Below, piece after piece: positions 12,001 through 22,335 of a stretch of 64,000 nucleotides of DNA. How positions within the stretch are numbered: position 1 is the stretch's first letter; every line of letters begins with the position of its first letter. The DNA comes from Scenedesmus sp. PABB004. Lineage: Eukaryota. The position numbers and the translations under genes were made by a program. The stretch spans positions 558,001-622,000 of the forward strand of contig JABVCE010000004.1 in assembly GCA_014905635.1 (NCBI GenBank), given 5' to 3'. The notes beneath the pieces are model-generated. The model had not been told where the DNA came from, did not search any database, and was given only the letters and a program-made list of their open reading frames with translations.

Positions 12001-14099
12001 CACGTCCGCAGCGGCCGCCTCGGCCGCAGCCGTGGCGGCAGCGAGCGCTCGCAGGGCGTCGTCCAGCTGCTTGCTCGCCGCCGCGGCCGCAGCCTGCGCG
12101 CCGCCGGCGGAGCTGCGCAGCGACGCCACCGACGCGGCGCCGCGCGACGCGCGTGCTGCCGCGAGCGCCTGCCTGCCGCGCGCCTCCGCAAGCTCGCAGT
12201 CGAGCGCCGCCAGCTGCTCGCGCAGCGCGGCCGCCGCCGCGCCGTTGGGCGCCCCTTCGGCGTGCCCAGCCTGCTCAGCCCGCCTGGCCGCCGCGCGCCC
12301 CGCCGCCTCCTGCGCGCGCTCCTGCAGCTCGCGCAGCTCCGCGTGCCGGTCCGCCACGGCCTGCTTGTGCTGTGCCTCCTCGGCGCGCAGCTTGGCCAGG
12401 CGCGCCTCGAGGCTGGCCTGCAGCTTGCGCTGCCCCTCCAGCGCGCCCGCGAGGCTGGACAGCTGAAAACGCGCGGCCACCGCGGCCGCCGACAGCTTCT
12501 GGCTCTGCAGTGCGGACAGGCAGGGAGAGGGGCGGCCGCGTGCCGCGCAGTAGGCCCAGGGCGCGCGCGATGTGCGCGACGCGCGCGCGCGGCCGCAGCG
12601 GCTGCGGCGCCGGCGGCACGCCGCCCGACGGCGCCCCGCGCACCTTGCCCTGCAGCGCGTGCTCCCGCCTCTTGCCGCCCGCCAGCCGCTGCGCCAGCTC
12701 CGCCTCGCGCTGCGCCAGGGCGGCCGCCTCGCCCGCGACCGCCTCCAGCTCGCTGCCGGCCGTCGCGGCGGCTGCGGCGGCTGCGCTCACCTGCGGCGCG
12801 GCGCGGAGCGGCGGCTGGGCGTCGGGCGCGGCGCCGCGGCGCGGTTCGAGGCTGCCGCTCCTCAGGCCCTGGCTGGCGCACCACGTCCTGCTGCCGCTGA
12901 AGCCGCGCAGCACCGTGCGCCTGCTGGTCTCGCGCCAGCTCGAGCCGTGCGGTCAGCAGCTCCGCCTCCTGCTTCTGCACGCGCTGCCAGCGCGCCACGA
13001 GCGGCGCCAGGCGCTCGCGCTCGCACTCGAGCCTGCGCGCCGCGGGCGGGCGGCGCGCGCGCCGCGGGCGGGCGGCGCGCGCGGCGCGGCGCGGGTCGGC
13101 GCGCGCGCATCCGTGGGTCGCCGCGCGCAGAGCGTGCCGCGTGGCGCGGCGCACCCGGCGATCTGCTCCTGGGTGGCGTTGATCTGCGCCGCCAGGCCCT
13201 CCACGTCGCGGCTCTGCTCCTCGATTCGAGCCTCGAGATCCCCCGCGCCTGCGGGCAGCCCGCGGCGCAGGGCGGCGGCTCCGCTCTTTGACGCGCGGGG
13301 CGGCCGCGCGCCGTGGCGCAGCAGTCCTCCCCCAGGCCTGGCGCCGCCGCGCACCAGTGAGCATCTCCAGGCGCCGCACGAGGCGCACGGGGTCGCCCAC
13401 GTCGACGGCCTGGCGGCTCTGGGCGACGATGAATCGGTCCAGCGCGGCGGTCTGCAGCCCGTGCCGCGCGAGCACTGCCTGCAGCTCCGCCTGGCTGACC
13501 GGCGCCCAGGCGTCGGCGCCGGGCAGCTTGACGGCGCTGTGCGCGGCGTCGCCGCGCAGCGTGCGGCGCACGCCCAGCCACTCGAGGGCGGGCTGCGCGC
13601 CGGCGCCGGAGACGGCGCCGGCGCGGTCGTCGCCGCCGGGGAGCAGGTCAAAGCGCAGCGCGACGTGCGCCGTCCGGTGGCCCGCCGCGCGGCGCGCGGT
13701 GTTGAGCAGCGCGGGCAGGCTGCCCACGCGCAGGCTGCGCCGGCCGCCGCCGAGCGCAAAGGCCACGGCGTCGCTGAGCGCGCTCTTGCCGCAGCCGTTG
13801 GGCCCCACGATGGCGGTGAAGTCGCCCAGCGGCCCGGCGACCGTGCGGTCGCGGAAGCTCTTGAAGCCTGCGCGGCGGCGGCGCGGCCGCCGCGTTTGCT
13901 TGCGCCGCCCGCCCCCGGCCGCCGCGCGCCCGCCCCGCCCCGCCCCAGCGCCGGGGGCGGCTCGAGGCTCACCCTCGACCTCGATCTCGGACAGCCGCAG
14001 GCGCGGCGGAGGCGCTGGCGCGGGCGCAGCGGGCGCCGCCGCTGCTGCGCCCGCGCCGCCGCCGGCGGGGGCCTCTTCCGCGCTGCCCGGGGGCGCCAT
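9087..14099 (-). CDS. Divergent SMC-family ATPase (SMC1/SMC4 class), about 9 exons
   Basis: N-head IEVEGFKSF..GPLGDFTAIVGPNGCGKS (Walker A); Q-loop RFIVAQ; coiled coils; hinge (GTFHGRLHNAL...LVTRAGEVFKADG); signature LSGGQQ; Walker B/D-loop PSPFYVYDEVDCALD; H-loop QYLLVSHR. Confidence 0.85.
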
Positions 14100-14353
14100 G
14101 ACGCGGAGCGTGGCGTCCGGGACGCGCTGCGCGGAGCTTAGGGCCCGCGGGCTGCACGGGGCCCCCGGGCCCTGCCGCCGCGCGCCGCACGCTGCGTTCG
14201 AACGAACAACAATCGCGGCGGCGGCGCTGCGGCTGTGCGATTGCTCTGGTCCCACTGCGCGGCGGGAGGCTTGAGGTCGCTGCCGCGACACACGCGCCGG
14301 AGGGCTTTTCCCTAAAACCCGCGCGTTTAAGCGCGCGCTGCGCCCTCGAGCCG

Positions 14354-15226
14354 TCACGCCGGCTTCTTGCGCGCACCGCCGCCCCGGATCAGCTCCGTCG
14401 TCGTCACCGACGCCGAGAAGCCCCGCGCCTCCTGCAGCGCTGCCGCGGCCGTGCGGCCCTGCAGCTTCGAGTGCGCGTGCCGCGCGCGGCTGACGAGCGC
14501 CGCGGCCTCCCGCTCCATCCCCTTGAACGTCGCGAGGTCGCCCTCCAGCTGCGCCGCCGCCGCCGCGCGCAGCGCCTGCTTGTGCGCAATGTCCGCCTCG
14601 AGCCGCGCCTGCGCGGCACGCGGTCGGCCGGCCGGCCGGTCGGCCGGGCGCGGGGGAGGAGCGCCGCGCCGGCCGCGCCCGCCGCCCTGCAGGCGCGGCT
14701 GCCGGCAGCCGTCGCGGCGGCGCCGCGCGCCGCGCGCACGCGGCCTGCGCGCGCGCAGCGCACCAGGCAGGGCGCGATGTGCGTCGCGATCGTCGCATCG
14801 ATTTTCTGCAGCGCCCCCTCATCGCACCGCACCGCCTCGCTGCGGCGGTGCTTCTCCGCCATCATCCTGTGCATCTGCCGGTCCAGCTGCTGCGCTCCCC
14901 CGGCGGCCACGGCGCGGCGGCAGAGGCGGCGGCCGCGGCGGCCGAGCGTCGGCGGGGCCGCCGCGAGGCCGAGCGCCGGCCGGCCGCTGGCGACGCGCCG
15001 TGCGCCGCACCGCAATGAGGCGCGCAATGAATTTGGGGTCGCGCCGCATGAGCTCCCGGATCTTGGCCTGCGCCACGCGGCGGCGAACAGGCAGTGGGGG
15101 CGTGAGCGGCTGGCTGTGGGGCCCTCGGAGGCTTTCAGGCTTGGGCGACGCAGGCGGCAGGAGCAGCGGACGAGCCTGGTTGCCCCGCAGCGCCGCCACG
15201 TCGAGCTCTTCCTCCTGCTCCGCCAT
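14354..15226 (-). CDS. Small coiled-coil protein of unknown function (4 exons)
   Basis: MAEQEEELDVAALRGNQ|AKIRELMRRDPKFIARLIA|..QLDRQMHRMMAEKHRRSEAVRCDEGALQKIDATIATHIAPCL|ARLEADIAHKQ...GGARKKPA*. Splice sites restore the frame; heptad-like helical pattern. Confidence 0.65.
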
Positions 15227-16118
15227 GGCCCGAGCGTGGACTGCGAGCGCGTGCCGGACTTGCGCTGCAGTGAGCGCAGGAGGCGGAGCTGCAGCGGGGG
15301 CCGTCGTCGCACGCGGCGCCGCGTTGACCCGCGCCGTCCGGGCTCTGTGAGCGGCTTCCCGGTGCGTTGGAGCGCTGGACTGGCGCGCGAGTGGTCGACG
15401 TGGCCCGTGGGCGGCGAGGCGGGGGTGCTGCGGCAGCAGGAACGACGATTATACCGCGGAGCCACTCGCGCAGCCGAGCGCGCAAAAAAACCTGCCTGCC
15501 GACGACGCGCTGATCGGGCCGAGTCGGGAGCGCCAGCAAAAACCAACGTGTGCGCGCCGGCGCCGCCCGCTTCGGCGCATTCGCGCCTGTGTGGGGAAGC
15601 GGGCGGCGGCGGGCCGCCGGTGCACAAACCATCGCAGTGCCGGTGATGAGGGAGGAATGCAGCGCGCTGGAATATGGCAGCTGCCAGCCGCGCGCCCCAT
15701 GTGCTTATTGAGCTCAGTGAGTGCTTGGCGAGGGCGGTCGCGGACGGGCCGACGCGCGCGTGCCACGCCGCACCAGCGGCGCGCTGCAGCGCAGCTGGCG
15801 CAGCATGCGTGTGTGGGCGGCAGCGCGCACCGGCGGCCGCACAAGCGGGCGCGCGCGCGGTGCTGCGCCGCGCCGTGGGAGCGCACACATGTGCACGGGT
15901 GAGCCTACTCTCCCTCTCTCATCTCAGTGCGCAGTCCTGGGTGCTGGAGGATCCGGGCGCCGCGCCGCGGCCCCTGCAATGGACGCACGGACCGCGCGGC
16001 GCAAGAACAAACAAGAACTCCGGGCAAGCACAGGCTCCCCGAGGGGCCGCGGCGGCAGGCAGCACAAGCTGCCCGCTGCGCCGCCCCGCCGGCGGCGCAG
16101 AGGGAGAGGCCCGGCACC

Positions 16119-19033
16119 TCACCACTGCCCGCCCTGCGCGCCGCGCGCGCCAAAGAGGCCCCACGGCGGCGACAGCATGTCCCACGTCAGCGAGTGCTGC
16201 GCCGCGGGCGGCCGCGGGGCCGGCTGCGGAGGCTGGAGGCCGAGCGGTGCGCCGCCCGCCGGCGGCGCGTCCCACGGCGTGAAGAGCGACGCCCCCGCCG
16301 GCGGCGCCAGCTGCAGCTGGTGCGCGAAGCCCTGCTGCAGCAGCGCCGCCTGCGGGCCGCCGCCGCCGCCGCCCGGGGCGCGCCCGCGCCGCCGGGCTGC
16401 TGCAGCTGCAGCGGCGCCGTGGGCGTCTCGGGCGGCGACGGCGCGGTGGACGCGGTGCTGTTGCTCTCGCGCTGCTCCTTGGCCTGCCAGGCGCCGTCCC
16501 GCCGTGCGGTCGGCGCGCCCGCCGCGGCGTCCGGCTGCAGCTGCTGCCAGTCCGCGCCGGCGTGGCCGGGCTCGCCCGCCGGCGCCGGCGCGGCCCTGCT
16601 GCACGCGCCGCCGCCTGCCGCCATGGCGCCCGTCAGCCGCGCGCCGGGCGGCGGCTGCTGCTGGTCGGCCGCGCGCGCCTGCGCGCGGCCCGCGTCGAGC
16701 GCGCCGCGGCTGGCGCCGCCCGGGCGCCCGGGCCACGGCGCCGCCGCGTGGGGCGCGTGCGCCGGTGCGCCCTGCCCGCCGCCGCCGCCGCCGCCGCCCG
16801 CGTGGGCCGCCGCCACGGCCGCCGCCGCCGCGGCCTTGCCCTCGACCGCGCGGCGCACATTCAGGAAGAAACCGTCCACGATCGTGCCGTGCAGCCCCGC
16901 GATCGCCGCGTCGACCGACGCCGGGCCGTTCTTGAACTTGCAAAACGCAAAGTTCTGGGCCGGACACAGGAGGGGAGGACGTCGTGAGGGGCGGCGTTGG
17001 GGCGCGGCGCCCGGCGCCGCGGCCCGGCGCGCGCGGCGGCGGCCGGCGCGGTCGAGCGCGGCGCGCGGCGGCGCACCTTGTCGCGGCCGTTGCGCAGCGT
17101 AAAGTACTTGATTTTGCCAAAGCGCGTTAGGAGCCGCCGCACAGCCTCCTCGTCCCACGAAAGCGGTAGGTCTGCACGGCGCGGGGTGGGGCCGCGGGGC
17201 GCGGCGCGGCGCGGGGGCGGTTGGCGGACGTAGCGCGCGCCGCGGGTGACCGCTTGCGGCGGGCGGGACACGCAGGGGCCGCGCGCCGCGCGGCCCGGCG
17301 CGGGCGGGGCGGGGCGCAGGCGGCGCGGGGCTCACCGCCGATGTAGAGCTCGTTGACATCATACGGCTTGCCGCCGCCGCCAAAGGGCCCCCGGGCCCGG
17401 GGCCCGCCGCCGCGAGCCGCGCGCCGCCGCCGCCGCCGGCGGCGTCGCCGGCCGCGAGGCCGCAGCCAGCCGCTGCAGCCGCCGCCGCGGGGCCCAGGCC
17501 GCCGCCGGCACCGGCTTGCGGCGCGAGCAGCGGCGCGCCAAACAGGCCGTCGCCGACGCTGCTGCCGCTGCTGGTGCGGTGGTGGTGGTGGTGGCGGAGC
17601 GGGAAGGCCCCGCCCGGCGGCTCGGCCCCGCCGCCGCCGCCGGCCGCGTCGCGGGCGCGCGGCCCGGCGCCCTTGCCGTCGGTCGCGCGCTGCACCGCGA
17701 GCGTCTTGCCGTCCACCGGCCTGCGGTCGAGCTCCGCGATCGCGCGCGGGACGATCGCGGGGCTGGCAAACACCACAAAGGCGTAGCCCTGCGGCCGGCG
17801 AGGTGAGCAGCGACGCGGCGGCGAGGTGAGGGGCCTTGACTGAACCCCCCGTGCCGGGTGTGGCGTGCGCGGCGGACGGGCGGGCGCGCGCCGGACGCAC
17901 GGCGCGGGCACGCGGCGCGGGCGGCGCGGCGGACGCGCGGCGCGCGCCTTGTTCTTGCCGGTCGCCGCGTCCATGGCCACGCTGAGGCTCTTGAGCTGCC
18001 CGTAGGGCGCGAGCAGCTCCTTGACGTGCGACGGCTTCCAGTGGCTCGGCAGGCCGCCAATGAACACCTCGTCCGGCTTGCTCTGGTCCGCCGCCGCGGG
18101 CACCAGGTCGCGCCCGCCGGGCGGCCGCGGCGCGGCGGCCGCCGGCGGCGGCGGCGGCGGCGCGAGGTGCGCGCCGCCGCGCGCGCCGGCGGCCGCGGCG
18201 CCGCCGCCGCACGCGGCGCCGCACGGGGGCTCGCCCGCAGCGAGCTCGCCGCCCGGCGCCAGCAGCGCCGGCGTGCCGCCCCGGCCCGCGCGCTGCAGCG
18301 ACGTGAGCACGGCCGGGTCGGGCGTGCAGGGGCCCAGCAGCACGGCGACGTCAGGGTCGTAGTGCTGTGGCCGCCGGATCTGCGGGCGGCGCGCGGCACG
18401 GGCGCGCGGCGCGGGCGCGCGGCGCGGGCGGGGTCGGCGGCAGCCCTCCGGGTGCGGCGCGCCGGGCCCCTGCGCGCCCGCGCCGCGCCCCGCACCTTGA
18501 GCGGCACGCCCTGGAACGTTACGCTGTCAAACGCGAGGCAGTTGCTCGCCTCAACCGCGCTGCGCATCTGCAGCAGCGCCGCGCCGCGGTCGTGGCCGAG
18601 CGGGCTGCTGTCCGTCACGGGCGCGCCTGGCGCGACGGCGGCGCCGTGGGCGCGCATGAGGTCGACCAGAAAGGCGACCAGGTCGTGCTGCGGGCGCGGC
18701 GGCGCGCCCGCCGGCGGTGTGAGGGGCCGCGGGCGCCGGCAGCTGCCGCGCCGCCTGCGCGCGCGCCGCCGCCGCCGCCGCCCTCCGCCTCATGGTCCTG
18801 AGGCTCACCTGCTGCGTGCCGTCGGGAATGCGTTCGACCCAGAGCTGGGTCGCCAGCTGGAGCGACGGCAGGGGCAAGGGCGCACCGCTGGCGCCGGCCG
18901 CCAGCGCCGCCGCCTGTTGCCAGGCGCGCCAGTGCTGCAGCTGCGCCGAGAGCTCGCTCAGCTCGTCCCGCATCGCCCCCCGCGCCGCCGGCGGAGGCTG
19001 CGCCGACGCGTGGCCGGGCTGGGCGGCCTCCAT
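16119..19033 (-). CDS. U2AF65 (U2AF large subunit)-like three-RRM RNA-binding protein
   Basis: RRM1 ending MRSAVEASNCLAFDSVTFQGVPLK|IRRPQHYDP; RRM2 DEVFIGGLP..VKELLAPYGQLKSLSVAMDAATGKNK|GYAFVVF; third RRM ELYIG|DLP...NFAFCKF. Apparent 1-nt indel near 16376. Confidence 0.75.
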
Positions 19034-19608
19034 TCGATGTGGGGCGCGCGCGGCTGCTAAGCTCAGCCCGCCATCTGGCCGGCGGCGCGGATCGCCCGCC
19101 CGGCGCCGAGCGCGGCCGCTGCAATGGCCGCCGCGCAGCTCGTGCGGGAGTGGGTTCGGGGCGCGGTGGGCGTTGGAAGTCTTTTGTTGTGCCGCGCCGG
19201 TGCGCTGTGTGCGGAGCGTGGGCTGGAGACTGCCTTGCGGAGCGCGCCCGGGACGTCGTCCGGTGCGCACGCTCTTGTGGCCCCGCGGCCCACCCCGCGC
19301 CCCCGCTGGGCGCGGCCTTTTGCCCGGGCGCGTGTGCTGCCGCCGCACCGGCAGCGTGCGGGGTGTCACGATCGCCGCGAGGCTGACGCCCCCGCATTGC
19401 CGCCACGCTGAGCAAGCGGCGGAGCGCGCGCAGCGGCGAGCGTTTGACCCGCGCCCGCCGCCCATCCGCCGGCTGGCCCCTCGCCCTGCGCCTGGAGCTC
19501 CGCGCGGCGTGGCTTTCAGGGAGCGCAGCCTGCGCGGCGCAGGCATTACCGGCGCGCCGGGCGCCGCCGCCGCCAGGCTTCGCACAACTCGCCGCAGCAT
19601 GCCGCCGG

Positions 19609-21937
19609 TCACCAGCCCTCGATGTCCAGCGCCAGGTCAGGGCCGGGCCGCTCCGCGAGCTTGTTGGCCTTGCGCTTCTTCCCGCTGCCAGCCGCGGCGG
19701 CCGCGAGCGCCGCCGCGCCACCGGGCGCGCCCTTGGCCGCCGCGCGGCGCGCGGCCGCGAGCGCCGCGACCTCGGCCTGCCGCGCCTCTGCCTTCTCCCG
19801 CCGCTCGCCCGTCACGTAGCTGACCACCTTGCCGCGCCGCCGGCCCGCGGGCTTGCGCGGCTCGATGAGGCCGCGCTTCTGCAGCGCCTTGAAGCGGTCG
19901 GCCGACACCAGGAAGCAGGGCGTGATCTCGCGCAGGCTGCCCGTGACCTCGTCGCTCGTCAGCACCGACGTCGGCGCCGCCTCAAAGCGCTGCTTGCCGA
20001 GCCGCGGCGGCGCGGCCGCCGCTTTCTCCGCCGCGACGACCTGCGCCGGCGCGCGCCGGCCGGCGGTGCGTCGGCGGCGCCTGACCGGCGCCCGCAGCGG
20101 CGCCCGCCCCGCCCCAGCGCGCGCGGCGGCGCCCGCCCCGGGCGCGCGGCTCGCACCTTGCGCCGCGTGCGCGCCGCCTCGCGCGCCGCCTCCTCCGCGT
20201 CGAGCTGCTCCTGCAGCCCGCCGAGCGCCTCCAGCTGCTGCCGCTGCGCCTTGAGCGCGCGCCGCGCCGCCGCGTCAGCCTCGGCGGACTTGCGCCGCGC
20301 CTCGCGGTTGCGGTCCTTGCGGCTCTTGCGCTGCAGCGCGGCCCCGCCGGCGCCGCCGCGCGGCGCCGCGCCGGCGGCGAAGCTCGGGCCGCCGCTGCCG
20401 CCCAGCGCGGCGGCGTCGCCGTCAGAGTCCTCATCCAGCGGGATCGCGTGCTCGTCGCGCGCCGCCAGCGCCAGCCGCTGCTGCTCGCCTGCAGGACGGG
20501 CGGCGGGCAGGGCGCGGCGCGCGCGCTCGACGGCCACCCCGCGCACCCGCGGGCTGGGCGCCGCCGGGCGGCGGCCCCGAGCGCGCGCGCCGATGCCGCT
20601 GCGCGCGCCCGCGCGCCCCCGCCGGCGGGCCGCCGCTCACCGCCGCCCTCCTCCTCGTCGTCCTCGTCCTCCGGCGCCGCCTCGCCCAGCAGCGCCTCGA
20701 GCTCGTCGGCGGGCGGCGCGTGGCCGGCGGGCGCGTGCAGCGGCGGCGCCGTGGGCGCGAGCTCCGCCCGGAGCTGCTTGCGGTACTCTGCCGCGACTGC
20801 CACCGCCAGCGCGTCCTGGTGGGACTCGTAGTCTGGGTTGAACGAGCAGCCAGGCAGGTCAACCTCGACTGCCGAGATGGGCACCGGCGCCGCGGCCCGC
20901 CGGCGGCCCGCCCGGCCGCCGCCGCGCGGCGCCGCCGCGTCGGGCTCGCCCGCCGCCTTGCGCTTGCCCAGGCGCAGCAGCTCCACGCCGGGCGCGGTCG
21001 CGGTCCAGTCGAGCGCGCGGCCCGTGCCGGCGGCGGGCTCGTCGGCCCAGACGTCAGCCGCCGCGAGCCGCGTGCCTGCGCGCGGGCAGCGGCGCGGCGC
21101 ACGCGTCGTGGCGCGGGCGCGCGTCCGCGTGGCCCACCGCGCCGCGGGCTGCGCGCAGCGACAGCAGCGGCCGGCGGGCGGCGGCCGGCCCTGCGCACCC
21201 GGCGCGCGGCGCCGCGGCTTCTTGGCCGGCCGCGCCTCGGCGGGCGGCGCCGCGCGGCTCAGCGGCAGGCCGGAGCCCTTGGGCTTGCGCGGCGGCTGGG
21301 CGGGCATGGGCTTCACGCCCTCGCGCAGGCTGTCCAGGATGAGCTGCGCGCGCAGCGGCTTGGGCTCGCGCCGCCCCCGCCGCCGCACCGCCGCCGGCAC
21401 GGCGCCGTCGTCGGCCGCCTGTGCGCGGCGGCGCGCGGCGCGCGTGAGCGGGGCGGCGAGCCGCGCCCGGCCCGGCCGCCACGTGCGCGGCGCCCCCGCG
21501 CCCGGGCGCCCGTCCTGCGAGGCACGCGCTGCGCTCGCTCGCGCGCCGCCCGGGCAGCGCGGCGCACCGTGTCGAGCACGAACAGCTCCTCATCCTTGAG
21601 GCTCTCCACCGCGGGCTCGCGGCGCTGCTTGTGGCCCTCGTCGACGATGAACTCCTCGATCTGCGCGCGCGCCGGGGAACAGGGCGAGCGCGCGCGTGCC
21701 CGTGGGCGCGAGAGCAGCGGCGACGCGGCGCGGCGCCGGGCAGACGGCGCGCCACCGCAGGCGGCCTGGGTGCTGGGGCAGGGCGAGCGCGCCGCGCGGC
21801 CGCGCCGTGCGGCGCCGTGCGGCGGCGCCGCGCTCGGCGGCTGCCGCTGCCGACGGCGGCTGGCGGCGCACCTCGGTGGCGTCGATGTTCTTGCGCCATG
21901 CCTTCTTTCCCTTGCGCGACGCCTTGGGGATGCCCAT
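19609..21937 (-). CDS. NOP53: Ribosome biogenesis protein NOP53/GLTSCR2
   Basis: N-terminal KASRKGKKAWRKNID..LKDEELFVLD; AVEVDLPGCSFNPDYESHQDAL; C-terminal VLTSDEVTGSLREI..DRFKALQKRGLIEPR. Confidence 0.9.
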
Positions 21938-22335
21938 GGCGCGGCCGGGCGCGCGGCGAGCGCGGACGACGCCGCGCGGGCGGGCGAGCGCGCTCGGGGC
22001 GGCGCGGGACGGACTGCTGTGGTCCTGCGGGCGGTGCTGCGGCGTCACCGGGTTGTGTGAGCCGCGCGTGAGACTCCGCGCCGTGCGGCGGGGCGCGGAG
22101 TGCAGCGCGCGCGGCGCGGCGGGGTCGAACAGTTGCAGCGTGTTAGGCAGGCGGGCTCGGGCTGCGCAGCTGGGCCGCGCACCAGTGCCGCGCGCCGCCC
22201 GCGGCTCGCCCACCTCACCGCCGCCGCCGTCGGCATCGCCGCCGCCGCCGCGCCGGCAGGAGCGCGCGCTGCCGCTGCCGCTGCTGCCGCCGCTGCGCGC
22301 GCCGCCGCCGGCTGCGCCCAGGGGCGGCGGCAGCG

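Noticed and set aside
9087..14099. Prokaryotic SMC-based defence system (Wadjet/Lamassu-like)
   Set aside because: The gene has spliceosomal introns and eukaryotic SMC1/4 features, with no JetABD or effector neighbours.
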